Program-made: the position numbers and the translations under genes
Shown here: piece by piece, positions 1 to 8,810 of the stretch
Layout of the letters: each line of letters starts with the position of its first letter
Position numbering within the stretch: position 1 is the stretch's first letter
The notes under the pieces: generated by a model
What the model saw: the letters and a program-made list of their open reading frames with translations, nothing else
Databases searched by the model: none
Told to the model about the DNA's origin: nothing
Origin: Bacillota bacterium
GTDB lineage: Bacteria; Bacillota; Clostridia; Christensenellales; SZUA-584
NCBI GenBank assembly: GCA_023441905.1
Contig: JAEZNC010000106.1
Location: 1-32,139, forward strand
DNA: 32,139 nucleotides
Direction: 5' to 3'

Positions 1-89
1 AGCATGTCAGTCAGAGGTTTCAAGTTCGAAAGTATTTGGTCAGACATAGATGAAAATGTTTAAGACAAAGCGATAAGGGGGAATGCGTT

Positions 90-2402
90 GTGAGTCAGGT
101 AGGAAAAAGTGTCACACGAGTGGATGCACTCGATAAAGCGACCGGCCGCGCCAAGTACACCGACGACCTGTGCGACAAGAGCGCGCTGATTACGGTTGTC
201 GTCCGGTCAACCATTGCACACGGTTATGTCAAGTCCATCGACGTGTCCGAAGCGGAAAAGGTGCCCGGCGTCGTGAAGATTTTCACGTGTTTTGACGTGC
301 CGGATATCCAGTTCCCCACGGCGGGGCATCCGTGGTCCACCGATCCCGGGCATCAGGACGTGGCCGATAGGCTGCTTCTCAACCGCCACGTGCGCTATTA
401 CGGCGACGATGTGGCTGCGGTGGTGGCCGAGAACGAGGTGGCCGCAGCGCAGGCAGCCCGTGCCGTGAAGATAGAATACGAGGAACTGCCCTTCGTGCTT
501 GATCCGCAGGAGGCGATGAAGGAGACTGCGCCGCAGCTGCACGACGAATTCCCGGGCAATGTGCTCAAACACACGGCCATCAATATCGGCAGCTATGACG
601 AAGCCATCAAGGAGCCCGGGCTCATCTGTGTGGACAAATGGTACGACACACAGGTGGTTCAGCACTGTCATATCGAAAATTTTATTGCGTATGCTTACGG
701 CGAGGGCGACAGAATTGTCGTTGTGGCTTCCACGCAGATACCGCACATCGTGCGCCGCACGGTGGGGCAGGCGCTCGGCATCCCATGGGGCAAGGTTCGC
801 ATCGTCAAGCCCTACATCGGCGGGGGGTTTGGGAACAAGCAGGATACGCTGTATGAACCGCTCGTGGCGTATATTTCGCAGCAGCTGGGTGGACGGCTCG
901 TGAAGATCGATGTGCCGCGCGAGGACACGTTCGTCAGCAACCGCACGCGCCACGCCATCCGCTCGCACATTGTGTCGTGGGTGCGGCCGGACGGCACGTA
1001 TGTCGCGCGCAAGCTCGAGGCTTTTTCTGATCAGGGCGCTTACGCGTCACACGGGCATGCGATTGTGGCCAAGGGTATGGGCGCGTTTCCGCAGATGTAT
1101 CCCTGTCCCAACGTGCAGTGCGACGCTTATACGGTCTATACAAATAAATCCGTTGCCGGGGCGATGCGCGGCTACGGCATACCGCAGGCCATGTTCGCCG
1201 TGGAAAGCCACACGGACGATGTGTGCAAGGTGCTCGGGATGGACCCTGAGGTTTTCCGGCGCAAAAATCTGATGCCGCAGGGATACAAGGATAACTTCTC
1301 GAAGAACGAAAATTACTATGATACTTATAACCAATGCCTCGATAAGGCGATGGCTTACATGGATTATCATAATAAGATAGAAGAATACAAGAACCAGGCC
1401 GGCCCTATACGCCGCGGCCTCGGCATATCCTGCTTTTGGTACAACACGGCAGTTTGGCCTATCGCGCTCGAGCATTCGTCCTGCCGCATGGTGATGAACG
1501 AGGACGGATCGATACAGCTTCAGGTGGGTGAAACGGAGATCGGTCAGGGCGCCGATACGGTGTTTGCCCAAATGGCGGCGGATGTAGTGGGGCTCAAGGA
1601 TTATAGCGATGTTCACGTCGTATCCTGCCAGGACACGGACGTTTCCCCGTATGGTCTCGGGGCATATGCCTCGCGCCAAACTTATGTATGCAGTTTCTCG
1701 ATTACTCAGACAGGCCGGATACTTAAAGAAAAGATAATAAAGCATGCGAGCGAGCTGACCCGCATGACGGAATCGAATCTGGATATCATCGACAGCAATA
1801 TCGTCCGAAAAACGGACGGGCGGGTGCTCATGTCGCTGGCGGAACTCGCGACAGAGGTGATCTACAGTATGAAGAAAAGCGATCATATCACCGCCGAGTC
1901 CAGCTACCATATCACCAACAACGCGTATTCCTTCGGCTGCTGCATCGCCGAGGTGGAGGTGGATATCCCGCTTTGCAAGGCGACGCTCAAGAAAATCGTC
2001 AACGTGCACGACTGCGGGACGCTGATCAACCCGGCATTGGCCGAGGCGCAGGTGCACGGCGGCATGTCGATGGGTATCGGCTACGGTCTCTCCGAACAGC
2101 TGCTGTTCGACCCCAAAACCGGCAAGCCGCTCAACAACAACCTGCTGGACTATAAGCTGTCCACAATGCTCGATCACCCGCATTTGGAGGCGCAGTTCGT
2201 GGAAAACCCGGAACCCACCAGTCCGTTTGGCACCAAGGCGCTGGGCGAGCCGCCGGCCACACCCGTTGCGCCCGCGATACGCAACGCGATACTGAACGCC
2301 ACCGGCGTTGCGGTTGACAAGCTGCCGCTGAACCCGCACATCCTGTTCCAGCGGTTCACCGAGGAAGGCCTCATTGAGGATCCCTCAAAAGAGGAGGTAT
2401 AA
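90..2402 (+). CDS. Xanthine dehydrogenase-family molybdopterin-binding (large) subunit
   Basis: 770-aa ORF with a GTG start about 8 nt after AAGGGGG. Carries hallmark motifs of the XDH/aldehyde-oxidase Mo-pterin subunit: GGGFGNK, GETEIGQGADT, and C-terminal KALGEPPATPVAPAIRNAI with the catalytic Glu loop. The cognate FAD and 2Fe-2S subunit genes follow directly. Confidence 0.9.
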   Translation: MSQVGKSVTRVDALDKATGRAKYTDDLCDKSALITVVVRSTIAHGYVKSIDVSEAEKVPGVVKIFTCFDVPDIQFPTAGHPWSTDPGHQDVADRLLLNRHVRYYGDDVAAVVAENEVAAAQAARAVKIEYEELPFVLDPQEAMKETAPQLHDEFPGNVLKHTAINIGSYDEAIKEPGLICVDKWYDTQVVQHCHIENFIAYAYGEGDRIVVVASTQIPHIVRRTVGQALGIPWGKVRIVKPYIGGGFGNKQDTLYEPLVAYISQQLGGRLVKIDVPREDTFVSNRTRHAIRSHIVSWVRPDGTYVARKLEAFSDQGAYASHGHAIVAKGMGAFPQMYPCPNVQCDAYTVYTNKSVAGAMRGYGIPQAMFAVESHTDDVCKVLGMDPEVFRRKNLMPQGYKDNFSKNENYYDTYNQCLDKAMAYMDYHNKIEEYKNQAGPIRRGLGISCFWYNTAVWPIALEHSSCRMVMNEDGSIQLQVGETEIGQGADTVFAQMAADVVGLKDYSDVHVVSCQDTDVSPYGLGAYASRQTYVCSFSITQTGRILKEKIIKHASELTRMTESNLDIIDSNIVRKTDGRVLMSLAELATEVIYSMKKSDHITAESSYHITNNAYSFGCCIAEVEVDIPLCKATLKKIVNVHDCGTLINPALAEAQVHGGMSMGIGYGLSEQLLFDPKTGKPLNNNLLDYKLSTMLDHPHLEAQFVENPEPTSPFGTKALGEPPATPVAPAIRNAILNATGVAVDKLPLNPHILFQRFTEEGLIEDPSKEEV

Positions 2403-2408
2403 ACGCTT

Positions 2409-3293
2409 ATGTTTGATATGAAAGAATTGTACGAGGCGCAGAGTGTGGCGGATGCCGTGCGTCTGCGCGTGGAGCACCCGGACGCCCATGTGATTGCGGG
2501 CGGTTCCGATGTGCTGATACAGATGCGCGAAGGCAAACGCGCGGGCGTTGAGCTGATCTCCATCTTTATGATTGACGAGCTGCGCGGCGTTTCCCTCGAT
2601 GAGGACGATGCAATTCGCATCGGTTCGCTCACCAGCTTTTCGCATATCACCAAAGACCCGATCATACAGAAATACATCAATGTGCTGGGTGAAGCGGTGG
2701 ATCAGGTGGGCGGCCCGCAGATTCGCAACATCGCGACCATTGGCGGCAACACCTGCAACGGTGTGACATCGGCAGACTCCGCGTCCACGCTGCACGCGTG
2801 GGAAGCTATCGTCGAACTGACCGGGCCAGAAGGCATTCGGAGTATTCCCATCAAGGAGTTTTACATCAAGGCGGGCACGGTAGACATCCGCCCGGGCGAA
2901 ATACAAACCGCGCTCATCATACCGAAAGAAAGCTATATGGATACGTGCGGCAGTTATAACAAGTACGCCATGAGAAACGCAATGGACATCGCGACACTGG
3001 GGTGCTCCGTCAATGTCCGGTTGTCGCTCGACAAGAAAACGTTCGAGCGTGTGCGTATCGCCTACGGTGTGGCAGGGCCTGTGCCCATGCGCGCGCCGTC
3101 TGCGGAGGCGGCGGCGAACGGACAGCCGGTTTCTGAGGCAACACTAAAAGCTTTTGGCAAAGCGGTATTGAACGACATAAACCCGCGCGACTCGTGGCGC
3201 GCATCCAAGGCACTGCGCCAGCAGATTGCCGTGGAGCTGGCGAAACGCGCGCTCGTCGAATCGGTAAAACGCTGCGGAGGTGAGATCTTATGA
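2409..3293 (+). CDS. XDH/CODH-family FAD-binding (medium) subunit
   Basis: 294-aa ORF with ATG about 9 nt after GAGGAGG. FAD-binding fold motifs are present (IAGGSDVLIQM, ATIGGN). A 4-nt ATGA overlap links it to the next subunit gene. Confidence 0.88.
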   Translation: MFDMKELYEAQSVADAVRLRVEHPDAHVIAGGSDVLIQMREGKRAGVELISIFMIDELRGVSLDEDDAIRIGSLTSFSHITKDPIIQKYINVLGEAVDQVGGPQIRNIATIGGNTCNGVTSADSASTLHAWEAIVELTGPEGIRSIPIKEFYIKAGTVDIRPGEIQTALIIPKESYMDTCGSYNKYAMRNAMDIATLGCSVNVRLSLDKKTFERVRIAYGVAGPVPMRAPSAEAAANGQPVSEATLKAFGKAVLNDINPRDSWRASKALRQQIAVELAKRALVESVKRCGGEIL

Positions 3294-3790
3294 AAGACCA
3301 GTTCCGGATGATAGAATTCAATCTCAACGGCAAGGATGTGGCCGTCATGGCGGACGCCCGCGCGTCACTCACGGATTTGCTGCGCAACGATTTTCGCATG
3401 ACATCTGTCAAAAAGGGCTGCGAAGTGGGTGAGTGCGGCGCGTGCAACGTGATCATCGACGGCGAGTGCTACAACTCATGCATCTATCTTGCGGTATGGG
3501 TGCGCGGCAAAAAGATACGCACGCTCGAAAGTCTGCTCGGCCCGAACGGCGAGCTTTCTGACATCCAGCAGGCGTTTATCGAAGAATCTGCCGTGCAGTG
3601 CGGCTTTTGCACGCCCGGCTTCATTATGTCTGCCATCGAGATTCTCGAAAGCGGCAAAGAGTACACCGACGACGAGCTGCGCAAGCTGATGAGCGGGCAT
3701 CTGTGCCGCTGCACCGGCTATGAAAACATATTGCGTGCCGTGAAGAAAACGATGTACAAACGCCTTGGCAAGGAAATGCCGGCTGAATAG
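3290..3790 (+). CDS. XDH/CODH-family [2Fe-2S] (small) subunit
   Basis: 166-aa ORF with two iron-sulfur cysteine clusters (CEVGECGACNV; CGFCTPG...CRCTGY). It is translationally coupled to the FAD subunit gene. Confidence 0.92.
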   Translation: MKDQFRMIEFNLNGKDVAVMADARASLTDLLRNDFRMTSVKKGCEVGECGACNVIIDGECYNSCIYLAVWVRGKKIRTLESLLGPNGELSDIQQAFIEESAVQCGFCTPGFIMSAIEILESGKEYTDDELRKLMSGHLCRCTGYENILRAVKKTMYKRLGKEMPAE

Positions 3791-3868
3791 TATCGGTTTT
3801 CTTAAAACGATGATCCGCGTCCGGCTGGCCGGGCGCGGTCACAGAAAACGGCGGAAGGTGATTATAAA

Positions 3869-5143
3869 GTGTCAACAGACAATTTGCTTATTCTTAAAGG
3901 GAATATTATATATACACAATCCCAACAGGAGCCGACGACTGTGGAGAACGGCTATATCGTCAGCGAAAACGGCATCACGACGGGCGTGTTTACTCAACTG
4001 CCTGAAAGGTATAGGAATGCCGATGTGACGGATTGCGGTAACAGCGTGATAGTGCCGGGGCTGGTGGATTTGCACGTGCACGCGCCGCAGTTTGCCGTGC
4101 GCGGCATGGGCATGGATTTAGAGCTCATCCCATGGCTTGACAAATACGCGTTTCCGGAAGAGGCGAAGTATGCCGATTCCGAATACGCGGCAGCGGCTTA
4201 CGGTGCTTTTTGTGCTGCCTTAAAATCCGGTGTCACCACGCGCGCGGCCGTCTACGCGACGGTGCATGCCGCCGCGACGGATATGCTGATGCGGATGCTC
4301 GAAGATTCGGGCCTTGCCACATATGTCGGCAAGGTCAACATGGACCGCAACTGCGCCGCCGCGCTAGCAGAGACGACTCAATCGTCTGTCGATGATACTG
4401 AAGAGTGGATTCGACATTCTCAGCGTGAGTACAAGAATACTAAGCCTGTCATCACGCCCCGTTTTGTGCCCACCTGCACGCCGGAATTGATGGCACAGCT
4501 GGGTGAGCTGGCTGAGCGCTTTTCAGTGCCGGTTCAGTCGCACCTGTCAGAAAATCTGTATGAAATCAGCTGGGTGAAGATGCTTCATCCGGAGGATGAA
4601 ACGTACGCTCACGTGTACCGGCGCTACGGCTTGTTCGGGCAGCTGCCCACCATTATGGCGCACTGCGTGCACCTGTCAGCCAGCGAGATGGACTTTATCC
4701 GCGACAGCGGGGTGACTGTGGCGCATTGCCCGCAGTCCAACATCAATCTGTGCAGCGGTATCGCGCCCGTTCGTCGTATGCTCAAGAAGGGGCTGCATGT
4801 CGGATTGGGCACCGATGTCGCGGGCGGGTTTTCGATCTCCATGTTCCGTGCGCTATCGGATGCGATACAGGCGTCCAAGCTGTATTCGGTATTCGTCGAT
4901 AAGAATGCCGCGCCGCTGTCACTGTCGGAAGCGTTCTACATGGCCACCAAGGGCGGCGGAAGTTTCTTCGGAAAAGTGGGCAGCTTTGAGCCGGGTTATG
5001 AGCTGGATGCCGTGGTGATTGACGACAGCGGCATCAATGGTCTTAATCCGCTCACATTAGAGCAGCGTCTGGAGAGGATTGTGCATCTTTCTGCAAACCA
5101 AGATATCGTGAGAAAATATGTGAAGGGAAAGCTGATTCAATAA
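3869..5143 (+). CDS. guaD: Guanine deaminase (amidohydrolase superfamily)
   Basis: 424-aa ORF with a GTG start after GGAAGGTGA. Metal-ligand and guanine-deaminase-like motifs are present: PGLVDLHVHAPQ, SHLSENLYE, AHCVHL, GTDVAGG. It sits directly downstream of a purine-hydroxylase-type enzyme. Confidence 0.7.
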   Translation: MSTDNLLILKGNIIYTQSQQEPTTVENGYIVSENGITTGVFTQLPERYRNADVTDCGNSVIVPGLVDLHVHAPQFAVRGMGMDLELIPWLDKYAFPEEAKYADSEYAAAAYGAFCAALKSGVTTRAAVYATVHAAATDMLMRMLEDSGLATYVGKVNMDRNCAAALAETTQSSVDDTEEWIRHSQREYKNTKPVITPRFVPTCTPELMAQLGELAERFSVPVQSHLSENLYEISWVKMLHPEDETYAHVYRRYGLFGQLPTIMAHCVHLSASEMDFIRDSGVTVAHCPQSNINLCSGIAPVRRMLKKGLHVGLGTDVAGGFSISMFRALSDAIQASKLYSVFVDKNAAPLSLSEAFYMATKGGGSFFGKVGSFEPGYELDAVVIDDSGINGLNPLTLEQRLERIVHLSANQDIVRKYVKGKLIQ

Positions 5144-5311
5144 GAAGAACAAGGGTCACCTTAGCTTCGTATTTTTTAGCGCATCGTCCATGCCGCCCTC
5201 TTACGGGATGCCCCGAATGATCGGCAGAGAGATATTTCAGCATGCCATCGGTTGTTATCGACTGGATTATGTAACTCTCACTCTCAAACGACTAATTGCA
5301 ATGCAATTTGT

Positions 5312-5341
5312 ATCCGTCCTTAATCGGGCGGATTTTTATTT
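5312..5341 (+). terminator. Intrinsic terminator, probable end of the xdh-guaD transcription unit
   Basis: 8-bp stem ATCCGTCC/GGGCGGAT (one G-U pair) with a 6-nt loop, followed by TTTTTATTT. It lies about 170 nt downstream of the guaD stop. Confidence 0.6.
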
Positions 5342-5525
5342 GCGGCAAAACATAGTATGGATACCCTGTTGTAAGGGACTCAATAGTTTTCAGAATAGGG
5401 TGCAGAGGTTGGGCGCGCGTCTTAATTCTGACTGTCAGATAAGCTTTATTAGTAGGATGGATTGGTATTAGAAAAAAACCTATGTGACTGACGATAACGC
5501 GCATGGATGAAAACAGCTTCGCGTA

Positions 5526-5550
5526 ACGTTGCCATGGCAACGTATTTTTG
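5526..5550 (+). terminator. Terminator or attenuator hairpin upstream of the Moco operon
   Basis: Perfect 18-nt palindrome ACGTTGCCATGGCAACGT followed by ATTTTTGTT. It lies about 150 nt upstream of the ATG at 5698. Confidence 0.5.
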
Positions 5551-5697
5551 TTCGTTTTCGTGCTAAGATATCAGGAAAGACATGTGACATTTATGGGCAA
5601 TGCTTTAAACAAGTGCAGATTGTTAATGATTTGAGGACAAGGCTGAGTTTCGCAACGACGCAACGTGCAAATTATTATGACGGTAGGGTGAGACGAC

Positions 5698-6726
5698 ATG
5701 AAACAGATCAAAACGACAGATGCTGTGGGGCATGTGTTGTGCCATGATATGACGCGTATCATTAAGGATGTCAGCAAAGATGCCGCTTTTCGAAAAGGGC
5801 ATATTGTGACGGAAGCGGATATCCCCGTGCTGCTTTCCATGGGTAAAGAAAACCTTTTTGTGTGGGAGAAAACCGACGATATGCTGCACGAAGACGAGGC
5901 AGCAGCCATTCTGCGCAAAATTTGCATTAACGATAATATGACCGCCTCCGAGCCAAAGGAAGGCAAGATAGATTTAATCAGTGAGATTGACGGCTTGTTT
6001 TTGGTGGATGTGGAGCGGCTGAATCGCATCAACGCGCTCGGTGAAATGATCATTGCGACGCGGCACACCAATACGCCCGTCAAGAAAGGCGACAAGCTCG
6101 CGGGTACACGTGTTATCCCGCTGCTGATCGACAAAGAGAAGATGGACAGCGCGCTGGCTGCGGCGGGGGAGACACCTCTGCTTCAGGTGAAGCCATTTAA
6201 ACATAAAAAAGCATCCATTGTGGTGACGGGCAGTGAGGTTTATCACGGGCGCATCAACGATGCGTTCGGGCCCGTCATCGCAGAGAAGCTGTCCGAGTAT
6301 GACGTGGATATCCTCAATAAAACAATCGTGGATGACGATACGGCAAAAATAACGGAAAAGATTTTTGAGGCCATCCGCGGCGGTGCCGACCTGATTATCT
6401 GCACAGGCGGCATGAGCGTAGACCCGGACGATACGACGCCGACCGCAATCAAAAATACATCGGCTCGTATGGTGACATACGGTGCGCCGGTGCTGCCCGG
6501 TGCTATGTTTCTGCTGGCTTACTACGAAACGAATGGACAAAGCATACCGATACTCGGCCTGCCCGGCTGCGTGATGTATGCCAAACGCACGATATTCGAT
6601 ATTGTGCTGCCGCGCGTCATGGCGGGAGACATATTGACGACAGAGGATTTTTCGGTGCTGGGGCACGGCGGACTATGTTTAAAATGCGACGTCTGTACGT
6701 TCCCAAACTGCGGTTTCGGCAAATAG
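5698..6726 (+). CDS. Molybdopterin-binding / MoeA-like Moco biosynthesis protein
   Basis: 342-aa ORF with ATG after AGGGTGAG. It has a MoCF_biosynth-type domain (VVTGSEV...ADLIICTGGMSVDPDDTTP) behind a MoeA-like N-terminal region, and a Cys-rich C-terminal tail (CLKCDVCTFPNC). It is the first gene of a Moco/mod operon. Confidence 0.7.
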   Translation: MKQIKTTDAVGHVLCHDMTRIIKDVSKDAAFRKGHIVTEADIPVLLSMGKENLFVWEKTDDMLHEDEAAAILRKICINDNMTASEPKEGKIDLISEIDGLFLVDVERLNRINALGEMIIATRHTNTPVKKGDKLAGTRVIPLLIDKEKMDSALAAAGETPLLQVKPFKHKKASIVVTGSEVYHGRINDAFGPVIAEKLSEYDVDILNKTIVDDDTAKITEKIFEAIRGGADLIICTGGMSVDPDDTTPTAIKNTSARMVTYGAPVLPGAMFLLAYYETNGQSIPILGLPGCVMYAKRTIFDIVLPRVMAGDILTTEDFSVLGHGGLCLKCDVCTFPNCGFGK

Positions 6727-6735
6727 GAGGATACG

Positions 6736-7218
6736 ATGGATAACGCGTTGACGCACTTTGATAATTTGGGCAATGCGGCAATGGTAGATGTGTCTGAAAA
6801 GATAGATACACTGCGTACCGCAGTTGCCAGAGGCAGAATCCGAATGAGCCGTGATGCGTATAATGCGGTGAAGAGCGGTACAGTCGGCAAGGGCGATGTG
6901 CTCGGCGTTGCGCGGGTGGCGGGCATTATGGGCGCCAAACGGACGTCAGATCTGATTCCGCTGTGTCATCCTCTGATGCTCACCAAAGTCGGCATTGATT
7001 TTGCGCTTGATGATGAGGACTGCGCGGTCTCTGCGATTTGTACGGCCAAACTTACCGGTAAAACGGGTGTCGAAATGGAGGCGCTGACGGGCGTCAGCGT
7101 GGCGCTGCTGACCATCTACGACATGTGCAAGGCGTTGGATAAAAGCATGGAGATATCGGATATTCATCTGGTCAGTAAGAGCGGCGGTAAATCCGGGCGC
7201 TTTGAGAATAGGAAATAA
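6736..7218 (+). CDS. moaC: Cyclic pyranopterin monophosphate synthase MoaC
   Basis: 160-aa ORF with ATG after AGGAGG. MoaC signatures are present: MVDVSEK..T.R.A.A, and DLIPLCHPL followed by GVEMEALTG. Confidence 0.92.
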   Translation: MDNALTHFDNLGNAAMVDVSEKIDTLRTAVARGRIRMSRDAYNAVKSGTVGKGDVLGVARVAGIMGAKRTSDLIPLCHPLMLTKVGIDFALDDEDCAVSAICTAKLTGKTGVEMEALTGVSVALLTIYDMCKALDKSMEISDIHLVSKSGGKSGRFENRK

Positions 7219-7251
7219 TTGATTGCGTTTCAATACGTAAGAAAGTTTATT

Positions 7252-8112
7252 ATGAAGAAGAACCTAGTTATTGTTTTGGCCCTGTGCATGATGCTGTCGC
7301 TGCCCGGCTGCGGCGTGCCTATGGCAGAATCAGACGCACCGACGGAAACAGCCGCATCACAAGCATCTGTATCGGCGACATCGGAAGCAACGAACACGCC
7401 AGAAGCCACGCAACCGCCGGTTGAGCTGACCGTTGCAGCGGCAACAAGCTTAATCGATGTGATGACGGAAATCACACAAAGTTATAAAACCAAAGCGCCC
7501 AATGTGACATTGACGCTGACATACGGTGCCTCCGGCGCTTTGCAGACTCAGATAGAGCAGGGAGCACCGGTGGATATCTTCATATCGGCCGCCCAGAAAC
7601 AGATGGACGCGCTCGAAGATCAGAATCTGCTGCTCGAGGGGTCGCGTATCAATCTGCTGGAGAACAAAGTCGTGCTGATCGTCCCGAAAGATTCCGCGCT
7701 CGGTCTCAAGAGCTTTGATGACCTTGCAAAAGACGATGTGAAGACCGTGGCAATGGGTGACCCGGCCAGCGTTCCCGCAGGACAATACGGCGAAGATCTG
7801 CTGACCAACCTTGGCATTAAAGGCGCGGTGGAAGCCAAGGCCAATTTGGGTACGGATGTGCGTCAGGTGCTGACATGGGTAGAAACAGGAGAAGTGGACG
7901 CGGGCATCGTATACGCCACGGATGCGGCCACCTCGGATAAAGTCACGGTGGTCTGCGAAGCACCGTCAGACAGCGTGAAGAGAATCATTTATCCTGTTGC
8001 GATACTCAAAGCATCAAAAGCTGCAGAGCAGGCTAAAAGCTTTAACGATTATTTAAAGACCGACGAATGCATCGCATTGTTTGAAAAATACGGCTTTATC
8101 ATGGCGGAATAG
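7252..8112 (+). CDS. modA: Molybdate ABC transporter substrate-binding lipoprotein ModA
   Basis: The ORF-track start (TTG 7219) was trimmed to ATG 7252. The N-terminus MKKNLVIVLALCMMLSLPGCG is a lipoprotein signal with lipobox LPGC. ModA-type motifs are present: VAAATSL, TYGASGAL, DIFISAA. Confidence 0.88.
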   Translation: MKKNLVIVLALCMMLSLPGCGVPMAESDAPTETAASQASVSATSEATNTPEATQPPVELTVAAATSLIDVMTEITQSYKTKAPNVTLTLTYGASGALQTQIEQGAPVDIFISAAQKQMDALEDQNLLLEGSRINLLENKVVLIVPKDSALGLKSFDDLAKDDVKTVAMGDPASVPAGQYGEDLLTNLGIKGAVEAKANLGTDVRQVLTWVETGEVDAGIVYATDAATSDKVTVVCEAPSDSVKRIIYPVAILKASKAAEQAKSFNDYLKTDECIALFEKYGFIMAE

Positions 8113-8126
8113 TGGTATTAAGCAGC

Positions 8127-8810
8127 ATGGATATATTTCCTCTTTGGCTGTCGCTCAAGGTTGCGCTGATCGCAACGGTATTCACATTTATACTCGGCAT
8201 TTTCGCGGCCTGGCTGACGGTTAAACTACGCCGGGGCAAAGCCATCGTGGATGGTTTATTCACACTGCCGTTGGTGCTGCCGCCCACAATCGTCGGCTTC
8301 TTTTTGCTTATTATTTTCGGGAAAAACGGCTTTATCGGGCAAATACTCAACGAAATCGGCACACCCGTTGTTTTCACATGGGCCGGTGCCGTAATCGCCT
8401 CCACAGTGGTGGCGTTTCCGCTGATGTACCGCACCGCGCGCGGGGCCTTTGAGCAGCTGGATGAAAACCTGCTAAACGCAGGGCGTACGCTCGGCATGAC
8501 GGAATGGAAGCTGTTTACAGCGGTCATGCTGCCAAATTCGATTCCAAGCATCATGGCAGGTGCTGTGCTCGCGTTTGCGCGGGCGCTCGGCGAGTTCGGC
8601 GCGACGATCATGCTGGCCGGCAATATCCCGGGCAAAACTCAGACAGTCTCTGTGGCAATCTATACGGCGGTACAGGCGGGGAACTGGGATATTGCGTACA
8701 AATGGATGTTCATTATCGTCGGTATCTCGTTTATCACAGTCATTTTAATGAATGTATGGACGAAGCATGCCGCGCGATTCAGAAAAGAAAGCAGGAAGCT
8801 ATGGCGCTGA
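8127..8810 (+). CDS. modB: Molybdate ABC transporter permease ModB
   Basis: Multi-TM protein with the ABC permease EAA-type loop (ARALGEFGATIMLAGNIPG). The start was set to ATG 8127, although GTG 8112 is also possible. It lies between modA and the ATPase gene. Confidence 0.88.
   Translation: MDIFPLWLSLKVALIATVFTFILGIFAAWLTVKLRRGKAIVDGLFTLPLVLPPTIVGFFLLIIFGKNGFIGQILNEIGTPVVFTWAGAVIASTVVAFPLMYRTARGAFEQLDENLLNAGRTLGMTEWKLFTAVMLPNSIPSIMAGAVLAFARALGEFGATIMLAGNIPGKTQTVSVAIYTAVQAGNWDIAYKWMFIIVGISFITVILMNVWTKHAARFRKESRKLWR

Noticed and set aside
207-2339. Long minus-strand ORFs (207..968, 1047..2339) antisense to the XDH large-subunit gene. Similar antisense ORFs occur at 5974..6666, 9925..10663, 16452..17387, 18534..19124, 25696..26397, 28723..29166, 29625..30155 and 31476..32120.
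   Set aside because: These are shadow ORFs of GC-rich genes. They have Arg/His/Ala/Gly-rich nonsense composition, no SD and no recognisable motifs. The sense-strand proteins carry clear family motifs.
3815-3838. A strong 10-bp GC hairpin (CCGCGTCCGG-CTGG-CCGGGCGCGG) between the 2Fe-2S subunit gene and guaD.
   Set aside because: No U-tract follows it, and guaD starts 30 nt later with its own SD. It is probably an intra-operon mRNA stability or processing hairpin rather than a terminator, and the evidence is not enough for a feature call.
5190-5540. ORFs 5190..5471 (+) and 5292..5540 (-) in the guaD-Moco spacer.
   Set aside because: They have no SD, implausible composition, and span the terminator hairpins. 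The region was treated as non-coding.
8504-8800. A 99-aa N-terminal extension of modC in the ORF track (start 8504).
   Set aside because: The extension lies entirely inside modB in another frame and has no SD. ATG 8801 has an SD, overlaps the modB stop and gives a normal-length ModC.
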